Shown: positions 17,372 through 25,007 of the stretch, one piece after another
How positions within the stretch are numbered: position 1 is the stretch's first letter
How the letters are laid out: every line of letters begins with the position of its first letter
Assembly: GCA_002505455.1 (NCBI GenBank)
Contig: DAVB01000002.1
Location: forward strand, 1-62,588
From: Euryarchaeota archaeon UBA52
Lineage (GTDB): Archaea; Thermoplasmatota; Poseidoniia; Poseidoniales; Thalassarchaeaceae
Direction of reading: 5' to 3'
Length of the DNA: 62,588 nucleotides
Translations under genes and position numbers: made by a program
The notes under the pieces: model-generated
What the model saw: only the letters and a program-made list of their open reading frames with translations
The model's database searches: none
What the model was told of the DNA's origin: nothing

Positions 17372-19420
17372 TTAAAATGCATCCTTGTGCCTTTTCCTTG
17401 AATGATCATTTGACCAATTATACGCGAGTTGGAGTATCTTGAGGAAGTCCCCCTGTCCGTCTTTCCGCATCCTGTCATGAAGTGCGTCGTTCTGGATGAA
17501 TACATCGCCCCAGATATTTGCCGCTGTTCCCTTTCCGCCCTTTGGCATGTCGAATACCTCGTCCAGAGTTGGTTCCAGCAAGGCTTTCCAGACTCTTGCG
17601 GGGTCTACTGCCATGGTCACCTCTACAATGATCTCGTCCGTGTTGAGGCCCGTACCAGTCTGCCAGCTGTCTTCACCCATATCAGCCAGGAACGGGAGGC
17701 AGATATCTGAGACTGAAAGTGCGGTGAGTGGGTCGGCCCCGGTCATCTCTGCGAATGCATCGCGCATCCTACCTCTGTCTGCTCCCTTGCTCCCGACGAG
17801 GGTTCTCATCTGGTCTATTGAGTTAGGCACTAGGAACCTGAGGTCTGTGAAATATACGAATGGCTTGCCGTCATCTGGAGCGAATATGTGCTTGAAGGGC
17901 GACTGGCCCGGTACCTCTCCGAGATCATCGAGCCTGTACAGCGTCTTCAGCGCGTTTGTTCCTATGGACTGTATGCAACGGCGTATGATACGCTCCGGTG
18001 CTGCCGAGACGTCATTGAAAGTGTCCATGTATTCGCTCATCGTCATGATATCGTAACCACGCACTGCCAGAATTGTGTGGACGTTCGGGCCCTGCACATT
18101 CTCGCCATCGACCATGGCTGAGCTTATCCACTTTGCACCTCTGCTGCTCTCGCTTCGAGCAACAAGATCTGCATATGCCGTGAACCTTCTGGATACTCTG
18201 TTCATGAAATCAGCCTGATCTAGCTTGGTGAACAGGGATGCAGTGAAGTTGGTCTTCAATGCGTGATCCGCGACTTGACTTGCATTCACACATGTGAGTA
18301 GATTTCCTTGGTCATCCGGGTAGACAACAAGGCGACGTCTCTTCCCTCCGCCTCCGAGTGTTCCAGTCTCGTTGCTTGTGAGATAGTATCCTAAAGCAGC
18401 TGTGACTTCAAACAGTCTTGCGTATTTGTCTTCATCGCTGGCTCCCCGTATCCATTCATCGATACCAGGTTCGACGAGATGGAATTCAAGAGGGACTAGC
18501 TCCGAACCGCCGCCGAACATTTGCCGCACGGTAGCGGATCTCATCATGCCCATCATCGTGTAGAGGGATGTCTTTCCTGTAGTGATGTAAACATCGGTAA
18601 TGCCATCCTCTCCAAATGAGGCTCTTCTGTCGGGCATGTTAACCAGGAGATTGAACGCGGTTGCGTTCTCCCTGTTACCATCCACAGCAGGCCATATCCA
18701 TGAGTAAGGTCTGGTCATCATGTAACCGCTGGCATCCTTTCCGAATCCTGCAGGAGAGTATCTTGTCCAGCCGAGCCTGTTGTTGAATGTGACGCCGCGA
18801 TGCATGAGCGATGGATAGTACACCTTGTCTTGTGGGTCGGATCCAGGGACTACGCCTCTATGTCCGAGCCCCCATAGGATTGGTTCCCATTCTGCATATG
18901 ACGAATCGCCCTTGCCCAGGAATGGATGTTGGTCGGATATGTTATTCTTCGGCTTTCCATTACTCGACAGAACTGATCCGCCCAGGCGATCTTCATCCCC
19001 CGTGGAGCAGAAAAATAGTGTTTGAGTTGTAGATACCTGCTTTGGTGTCCACATATTTGCATTGACTACGGTCTTCTGTCGGATAAAGTCCGCAGGGGTG
19101 TCAATTCGACGTTCGAACTTGAATCTCTGCGTATCGATCCATGACGAGCCTAGGAACAGATTGGTGTTCATCAATCGTGCCTTCCCTGGCCCAACGTACC
19201 TCTCAATTGGGTTGTCCTTAGCCTCATCATTGCCATCCAGACGGGCCCAAGGTCCTTCCATGGGTATATGCTTCAGGAATTTCTCGTGATCGAGTTCTTT
19301 GCTCTCAGCATCCTTTATGCTGTCTTGAATAGCATCCATCAGCCGGACATAAGTCTCCGAGGGGGCAATGGTCTTTGCCTTTCTCATTTCTGTGTTTGAT
19401 ATGCTTCTATGTTCCCACAT
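17372..19420 (-). CDS. Hypothetical soluble protein, 682 aa, no family recognised
   Basis: Long uninterrupted ORF, no signal peptide or TM. SD GAGGTG (19428-19433) 7 nt before the ATG overlaps the upstream stop codon. Confidence 0.85.
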   Translation of the reverse strand: MWEHRSISNTEMRKAKTIAPSETYVRLMDAIQDSIKDAESKELDHEKFLKHIPMEGPWARLDGNDEAKDNPIERYVGPGKARLMNTNLFLGSSWIDTQRFKFERRIDTPADFIRQKTVVNANMWTPKQVSTTQTLFFCSTGDEDRLGGSVLSSNGKPKNNISDQHPFLGKGDSSYAEWEPILWGLGHRGVVPGSDPQDKVYYPSLMHRGVTFNNRLGWTRYSPAGFGKDASGYMMTRPYSWIWPAVDGNRENATAFNLLVNMPDRRASFGEDGITDVYITTGKTSLYTMMGMMRSATVRQMFGGGSELVPLEFHLVEPGIDEWIRGASDEDKYARLFEVTAALGYYLTSNETGTLGGGGKRRRLVVYPDDQGNLLTCVNASQVADHALKTNFTASLFTKLDQADFMNRVSRRFTAYADLVARSESSRGAKWISSAMVDGENVQGPNVHTILAVRGYDIMTMSEYMDTFNDVSAAPERIIRRCIQSIGTNALKTLYRLDDLGEVPGQSPFKHIFAPDDGKPFVYFTDLRFLVPNSIDQMRTLVGSKGADRGRMRDAFAEMTGADPLTALSVSDICLPFLADMGEDSWQTGTGLNTDEIIVEVTMAVDPARVWKALLEPTLDEVFDMPKGGKGTAANIWGDVFIQNDALHDRMRKDGQGDFLKILQLAYNWSNDHSRKRHKDAF

Positions 19421-19431
19421 CTTAATTCACC

Positions 19432-19674
19432 TCAGAACTTGGTCTCCGGTTCCTCTTCAGGCTCTTCCTCTTTGGAACCGAATGGAAGAGAAGGCATCGA
19501 TTGGCCGCCTGAGAAAAAGAGCATCGCTGCGACTGCGAGAGAGCCTACTCCAAGCAGTATTTTGGCCATGTCGTCCGAGTCTCCAGTTACCACAAAGGCA
19601 TCGGCAAGAGCCATCGCGCCTATTGCTCCAGAAATTATGATTGGCATCATTTGCTTTTCATCCGCTTCGCTCAT
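19432..19674 (-). CDS. Small 2-TM protein with acidic C-tail, 80 aa
   Basis: Two hydrophobic helices (IIISGAIGAMALADAFVV; ILLGVGSLAVAAMLFF), tail EEEPEEEPETKF; leaderless start 24 nt from a TATA box. Confidence 0.75.
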   Translation of the reverse strand: MSEADEKQMMPIIISGAIGAMALADAFVVTGDSDDMAKILLGVGSLAVAAMLFFSGGQSMPSLPFGSKEEEPEEEPETKF

Positions 19675-19698
19675 TGTTACTCGTTCAGTTTGTCACTG

Positions 19699-19707
19699 TA
19701 TATATTA
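19699..19707 (-). promoter_or_regulatory. Archaeal TATA box for the 19674/19420 operon
   Basis: Minus strand reads TAATATATA, ending 24 nt before ATG 19674, canonical spacing for a leaderless transcript. Confidence 0.6.
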
Positions 19708-19755
19708 CCTGCCGCTGATGAAAGGTATAACTCGACACGTATAGTCATTGATTCA

Positions 19756-19781
19756 GAAATTGTGATACGAAATTACGATAT
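19756..19781. repeat. Imperfect tandem 13-bp direct repeat in the divergent promoter region (possible operator)
   Basis: GAAATTGTGATAC / GAAATTACGATAT, 10 of 13 positions identical. Confidence 0.3.
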
Positions 19782-19820
19782 CGGTGCGAACATCAAGAAC
19801 CGGTTATTGCTGGGAGGGTC

Positions 19821-20093
19821 ATGGCGGGGAGGTCCCAATCGATTAGAAAGGTGGGGTTCACCCTGCGTTCGTCCTTGTCTTGGATCCGTCCCATGGCTGC
19901 TGCCGTGATTGCTTATGCAGTACTTGGGTGGACCGAGATATGGCAATGGGGAGGGATATTCGTGGCGACGTATCTGATGGAGTTGACTGCGGTCTACCTG
20001 TCCCTGCCAACCGGTTCGATGGATGATGATTATGAAGAAGATTCTGGCAGCGGCTCTGGTAGAAAGATGCCGAAAATGAAAAAGAAGTTCTGA
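19821..20093 (+). CDS. Small 2-TM protein with acidic then basic C-tail, 90 aa
   Basis: SD GGGAGGG at 19812-19818; two hydrophobic segments; tail DDDYEEDSGSGSGRKMPKMKKKF; stop is 1 bp from the convergent WD40 gene. Confidence 0.7.
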   Translation: MAGRSQSIRKVGFTLRSSLSWIRPMAAAVIAYAVLGWTEIWQWGGIFVATYLMELTAVYLSLPTGSMDDDYEEDSGSGSGRKMPKMKKKF

Positions 20094-20094
20094 A

Positions 20095-21294
20095 TCAATT
20101 AGTGGCTAGCGAGATCAATACAGTCTGCTTTCTTGTTCTTCTGACGTTGAAGCCGCCATCTATCAACATCTGCTCAACTATATCCAACACTCGCTGTGTA
20201 ACATCTAATTGGACCCCCCAGTATGCAACTTCCCCTTCAGAATTCCCCGAGAAAAGGTAATCGCCATCATTACTGAACCTAACATCGTTGATCCTTCCTC
20301 TGTTGCCTCTCAGCGTCTTACGCTCAATGAAAGAATCTATGTCCCATATTCTAATTGTGTTATCCTTCGAACCGCTTGCTAGAAGCGTTCTGTCTGGTGA
20401 GATGGAAAGGGAGTATACTTCCCCAGAGTGACCGGAAAATGTCCCATTTATCTCGCGCTCTTGAGTATTCCATCGATGTATAAGCTTGTGATCAAATGCG
20501 ACCAATACTGACCGGTCATCATCAAGCATCACAAGAGAATTGATTGGTTTCCCGAACTCAGATGAGCCGGCGATATGAGTTGGATCGGGTAATTTCCAGA
20601 CATTTACTGAGCCATCTTGCCCCCCAGTAGCAAAAGTATTGCCTGTGGAGGAGAATGACAATGCAGTCACGGCGCCCTCATGTGCTCTGAACTCAGCATG
20701 CGTTTCTAGTGTCTTAATATTGGTTAATCTAACGTTTCCATTGTAGAGGCCGGAAGCCATCATCGACCCATCTGGGTGGATAGCTACGCTGAGTACTCCA
20801 AACCCGCCTAAATCCAATGTTTGGATAAGCTCGCCATCAGAAGTGCTCCACATTTGGACTGTTTTGTCTAGCGACCCACAAGCGAGAATGGACCTATCCG
20901 GCGTTGTTACCAATTGGCCCTTGTATGCAGTTTGGTCGAGTGTTTTCACAACGGTATCATCGATGGGGTCCCAGAAATGTATCCTTTGATCCATACCAAC
21001 CGAGGCACAGATGGAATCGTCGATGAAAGACACCGATGTGACGGGGTCTTTGTGAATCGTTTTAGAGACGAGGGGGCCACTTAGCATCACCTCGATCTGC
21101 TCATTAGGAGCTTGCAGAGTAGACAATCGTTCCTTCAACCTGAATATTCTGATGAAATCTAGTGCAGCCTGCTGCTCGTCCTGAGCTGCAGATTTTTTTT
21201 CCTCCTCAATTCTCTCCTTTATGTCGCCACTCAATCCTGCGAATGGATTTGGAAGGTTCTCTGATTCTTCATCTCGTGGAGGGTCTTCACTCAT
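20095..21294 (-). CDS. WD40-repeat beta-propeller protein (about 7 blades) with non-WD N- and C-terminal segments
   Basis: Repeats such as AHEGAVTALSFS..TFATGGQDGSVNVW and GHSGEVYSLSISPDRTLLASGSKDNTIRIWD. Start ATG 21294 (alternative 21321). Confidence 0.85.
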   Translation of the reverse strand: MSEDPPRDEESENLPNPFAGLSGDIKERIEEEKKSAAQDEQQAALDFIRIFRLKERLSTLQAPNEQIEVMLSGPLVSKTIHKDPVTSVSFIDDSICASVGMDQRIHFWDPIDDTVVKTLDQTAYKGQLVTTPDRSILACGSLDKTVQMWSTSDGELIQTLDLGGFGVLSVAIHPDGSMMASGLYNGNVRLTNIKTLETHAEFRAHEGAVTALSFSSTGNTFATGGQDGSVNVWKLPDPTHIAGSSEFGKPINSLVMLDDDRSVLVAFDHKLIHRWNTQEREINGTFSGHSGEVYSLSISPDRTLLASGSKDNTIRIWDIDSFIERKTLRGNRGRINDVRFSNDGDYLFSGNSEGEVAYWGVQLDVTQRVLDIVEQMLIDGGFNVRRTRKQTVLISLATN

Positions 21295-21317
21295 GCAGAT
21301 CAATCCGATTTTCAGAG

Positions 21318-24300
21318 TCAACCTTCATCCTCGGAACGGGATGATTCGAGTCTTTTTCGAAGACGGTCCCGGATTAGAGGGGCCATGAATAGGCCAACTA
21401 CAAGGAGGAGGGCGATGAAAGCACCGAATACTGCAAATGTCTCACTCACTTGGGCCCCCACCGACTCACATTCTTTGTTGTTATCGACATCACTCGGCAC
21501 GTCGTTGGAATCAAGCGGGTCTGATCTGCAACGTATCTCGTCTAGATCATCCCAACCGTCGCCGTCGTCGTCAAGATCTATCACTAACGTCGAGGGTATG
21601 CCTTCTATCAGGTAATCTGTGAGACCGTCGCCGTCGGTATCAAGGTAGGCAGCTGGGTCCGAGGGGAATGCATCTGGCCCACCAGAGCATATTCCAGGGA
21701 AGCTTGCGCTTCCATCGCAAACTTTGTCGCCATCTGAATCTGGATCAGAATTATCGCCTATTCCGTCGTTATCTGTATCCAAATACTCACTCGGGTCAGT
21801 TGGGAATGGGTCAGAGACGTCAGGGGTTCCGTCCATGTCACAATCAAGGGAGAGGATACATTCGGGATGCTCGTATTCGTTGGCAAGGCCGTCACCATCC
21901 GAGTCTGGATCAGAGTTGTCGCCTATTCCGTCATTGTCGAAATCGCTCCAATCATTGGGATCTTCTGGGAACTTGTCTTCTGAATTGAATACCCCGTCTC
22001 CATCCATATCTGGGTCTTCATCGTCGCAGATGTAGTCGCCATCTAGATCGTCTGGAGTATCGTTCGGATTTAGTGCGGAGGAATCGCATTTGTACTCCAT
22101 GCTGTCCGTATAACCGTCTCCATCGTCATCAGCATCCTCGTCACCATAGAAGGCCGGCCATTGAGGGTCGACTTGGTCTGCAAGGCGATCTTGATCTCTG
22201 TCCATTGGTATATTCGGATTGAAAGGCTCAGGGTCCTCGCCTCTAGAGCATACGCCAACTACCTCATTGCTCCCATCGCAGAATCCATCGCCATCCGAAT
22301 CTGGGTTTAGCGGATCTGTTCCCCGGTCAGAGGTCGAGATGTAGAATCCGGTTCCAGTTTCAACGCTGTCATCGAGACCGTCGCCGTCGTCGTCATAATC
22401 CTCAACGAAGTTGGCTGAAGCCCCATCAGGGAGATTATCCCATAGACCATCCCCATCCGTATCCATTGGAAGTGTGGGATCTACAGGATATGGATCTGGG
22501 CCCGCAGTACAGGACTGTCGATCGTAGGGGCCATCGCAAATACCGTCACTGTCAGTGTCCACGGAAGTTGGATTCGTTCCTGCTATGCTCTCATCCGTAT
22601 CGTCTACACCATCGTTATCGTCATCTGTATCAGAAAGATCTCCGACAGTATCGCCATCTGTATCGAGCCAATCGGATGGGTCCAAGGGGAAGGCATCCTC
22701 TGAGTCGCTGAATCCATCATTATCGTCATCGTCATCAGCTACTGCCGGACCATTTCCGTCGAAATCAGAGTCGGCTAACCCATCGCCATCCGTATCAACC
22801 GGGAAATTAGGATTCATTGGGAAAGGATCTGGTCCGTATGTACAAACCCCTGATATTTCGATTGGACCGTCGCAGAAACCGTCGTTGTCTGAATCAACAT
22901 CCAATGGAGAAGAGCCTGAATTTGCCTCTATTGAGTCGGAGAGGCCGTCATTGTCGTCGTCTGAGTCAGAAATTAAATCGGTATATGTTGAAAGATCATC
23001 TGGGACACTATCAGGCATGCCGTCAAGGTCAGAATCGGCAAGCACGGCTATCTCGATGTAGATGCTTGCTGTTACTCCTGAAGAATTGGTTGCGTCTACC
23101 TGATATGTCACAAGTTCAGTCACTTGGGTCGGGGTCCCACTTATGGTTCCATCAACAGGGGATATCTCTAGACCATAGGGGAGTGCTGGTGATACAGTCC
23201 ATGCCACTGCTGAGTTGTTGGTTGCGTTTCTTACAACCCAGAGATCACTTCCAGATGCGCTCTCTTTAGCATCGAAATACATGTCTCTATCCAATATCAC
23301 GTAACCTGTGCTCCGAGCTGATTCACTAGAGTGGGATCCTGGTCGAATATCTGCAAGCAAGGAGGCGGAGAAGTCATCTGTATTGACAACATGTGGCTCA
23401 TAGCCACTACTAGCCGATGATGCTGTGAAATAAGAATAGCCTTCATCGGTAGCGGTGAAGCCGCTGTATTGTCCCGGATAGGAAGATATCACGCCCGACG
23501 TAAGATCAGCAGAGAGCCACGATGTCGAGTTCTCAGGCGAGTGAAACCACAACTCATTTCCAGTTACACCATCATTAGCAGAAAATGCAATCATTCCGGC
23601 TATGTTGTGGAAGCCTTCTGAGACTGAGCCTGGATTGCTGCCCTGTGATCCTGGCCTTATGTCTGAATTACGCGTGCAGGTCTGATCTACAGAATTGAAC
23701 GACCACAATTCATTGCCATAAGCCTGATCTCTCGCGGAAAAGTAGATTCTGTCTCCGATAACTAATGGATCGTCTGAACCAGAGTTCGGTTGTCCACTTG
23801 AGCTTCCCTGCCAGATATCGCAAGCCAAGGTAGCTTCCCAGTTTTGAGATGTTTTGTCTATGGCCCAGAGTTCTGTCCCATAGGTTTGGTTACTTGCATC
23901 GAACACGATATGGTCCCCCACATCTTTGAATGGCAGCAAGTAACCTGGTAAACTCGGAGTATTTCCGGGATTGATGTCTCCGAGAAGGCTCGTGTGTCCT
24001 GTGAGCGTATCATGTACCCATGGCTCTATTCCAAACGAGCCATCATCTGCATCAAACAATAGCCATCTATCTGAAATGGGAACTAGACCGGAGAATACTC
24101 CCGGAGAAGAGCCAGATGATCCAGGGGATAGGTCGGCCACAATCTCTGCTGTTCCAGAGGTTGGATCGTAACTCCACAATTCACTTCCCGTTGTGCCATC
24201 TTCAGCATTAAACCATAATTTCCCAGACATGGGAATCAATCCGGTGCTGCTTCCAGGCTTACTTCCAGCACTGCCGGGGCGTATATCCTCGGTCATCCAG

Positions 24301-24863
24301 TAAGTATCATTCAAGGGGCTGTACGCCCATAATTCAGTTCCAGATGCAGATTCAGTGGCATCGAAGTAAAGAATGTGGTCAAGAATTGCGAATCCGCCAT
24401 ACTTGCCCACCTGGCCCCCGTAGGAACTTGACTGGGAGATTGTTGTGATCTCGGAGATTGAATTGGTTGAGGGATCGTATTTCCACAACTGTGACTTCGG
24501 AGTATTTGCATCGAAGTAGAGCATCCCATCCATAGCAACCATGCCTGAATTTTGGCCCAATGTGCCCGAAGAGGGGATATCTGCTACCTTCACAGGGGGT
24601 TCTGGCTGAGGACATATAATTGGAGGGGTGCAGTCTCCTTCTGCCTCACTACCAAATGCCGGTACTGCGTCAAAAGTCATAGGTTCGATTTGAGATCCTA
24701 CGACAACTATTGACGGATGGTTAAACTCCGCATGAATTCCCGAATCCGAGTGTGTTGATGCTGCGTTGTATTCCTCCAATGCAAGAGGGGCGGCAGAAGA
24801 GCCCAACATAATCATGATGAGTAGCGTCGTCAATGCTACACTGAGGGTATGCCTTCGGCCCAT
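21318..24863 (-). CDS. Giant surface protein (1181 aa): ELWxxDGT-like propeller, putative Ig (He_PIG) domain, thrombospondin type-3 Ca-binding repeats, C-terminal TM
   Basis: Nine ELW-type repeats (QLWKYDP, ELWAYSP, ELWSYDP, EPWVHDT, ELWAIDK, ELWSFNS, ELWFHSP, EPHVVNT, DLWVVRN); SPALPYGLEISPVDGTISGTPT; many DxDxDG repeats; TM VFGAFIALLLVVGLFMA plus a basic tail. Confidence 0.88.
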   Translation of the reverse strand: MGRRHTLSVALTTLLIMIMLGSSAAPLALEEYNAASTHSDSGIHAEFNHPSIVVVGSQIEPMTFDAVPAFGSEAEGDCTPPIICPQPEPPVKVADIPSSGTLGQNSGMVAMDGMLYFDANTPKSQLWKYDPSTNSISEITTISQSSSYGGQVGKYGGFAILDHILYFDATESASGTELWAYSPLNDTYWMTEDIRPGSAGSKPGSSTGLIPMSGKLWFNAEDGTTGSELWSYDPTSGTAEIVADLSPGSSGSSPGVFSGLVPISDRWLLFDADDGSFGIEPWVHDTLTGHTSLLGDINPGNTPSLPGYLLPFKDVGDHIVFDASNQTYGTELWAIDKTSQNWEATLACDIWQGSSSGQPNSGSDDPLVIGDRIYFSARDQAYGNELWSFNSVDQTCTRNSDIRPGSQGSNPGSVSEGFHNIAGMIAFSANDGVTGNELWFHSPENSTSWLSADLTSGVISSYPGQYSGFTATDEGYSYFTASSASSGYEPHVVNTDDFSASLLADIRPGSHSSESARSTGYVILDRDMYFDAKESASGSDLWVVRNATNNSAVAWTVSPALPYGLEISPVDGTISGTPTQVTELVTYQVDATNSSGVTASIYIEIAVLADSDLDGMPDSVPDDLSTYTDLISDSDDDNDGLSDSIEANSGSSPLDVDSDNDGFCDGPIEISGVCTYGPDPFPMNPNFPVDTDGDGLADSDFDGNGPAVADDDDDNDGFSDSEDAFPLDPSDWLDTDGDTVGDLSDTDDDNDGVDDTDESIAGTNPTSVDTDSDGICDGPYDRQSCTAGPDPYPVDPTLPMDTDGDGLWDNLPDGASANFVEDYDDDGDGLDDSVETGTGFYISTSDRGTDPLNPDSDGDGFCDGSNEVVGVCSRGEDPEPFNPNIPMDRDQDRLADQVDPQWPAFYGDEDADDDGDGYTDSMEYKCDSSALNPNDTPDDLDGDYICDDEDPDMDGDGVFNSEDKFPEDPNDWSDFDNDGIGDNSDPDSDGDGLANEYEHPECILSLDCDMDGTPDVSDPFPTDPSEYLDTDNDGIGDNSDPDSDGDKVCDGSASFPGICSGGPDAFPSDPAAYLDTDGDGLTDYLIEGIPSTLVIDLDDDGDGWDDLDEIRCRSDPLDSNDVPSDVDNNKECESVGAQVSETFAVFGAFIALLLVVGLFMAPLIRDRLRKRLESSRSEDEG
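21739..21938. repeat. Intragenic 35-bp direct repeat (21739-21773 and 21904-21938) encoding TSP3 units
   Basis: 31/35 identical; all four differences are synonymous and both copies encode DNDGIGDNSDP(D). Confidence 0.8.
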
Positions 24864-24871
24864 ACCCTCAG
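24841..24871 (-). promoter_or_regulatory. Perfect 11-bp inverted repeat covering the start codon of the 21318..24863 gene
   Basis: mRNA sense: CTGAGGGTATG-GGCCGAAGG-CATACCCTCAG; the ATG and GAGGG are in the 5' arm. Confidence 0.55.
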
Positions 24872-25007
24872 CCAGATTGCTCTTCCTCAAAAATGCGGTG
24901 CCGATGTCAACGTGTAAATACGGAGTTAATGATTCACTTACTTTATTCGGGTGTTATCCCACATTTTGATGGAAGGCATCATTCACTTTACTCGGATGTG
25001 AATCTAC

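Noticed and set aside
17372-17480. C-terminus ILQLAYNWS and length ~680 aa suggested a prokaryotic Argonaute
   Set aside because: No GxD, RDG or downstream LP..T..YA PIWI motifs, and no MID YxxxK/Q pattern found.
17372-20093. Resemblance to the Ced DNA-import layout (two small 2-TM proteins plus a large protein)
   Set aside because: The large protein has no canonical Walker A/B or TM as in CedB/VirB4/HerA, and no CedA-like multi-pass gene is adjacent.
21700-23030. Recurrent short DNA repeats that might be a CRISPR array
   Set aside because: They are in-frame TSP3 (DxDxDG) coding repeats with irregular spacing and synonymous variation; no constant repeat-spacer period and no cas genes.
24932-25003. 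ATTCACTT direct repeat (24932, 24981) and ATTCAC-N11-GTGAAT inverted repeat upstream of pdp
   Set aside because: 6-8 bp matches in AT-rich promoter DNA are near chance level; needs conservation data.
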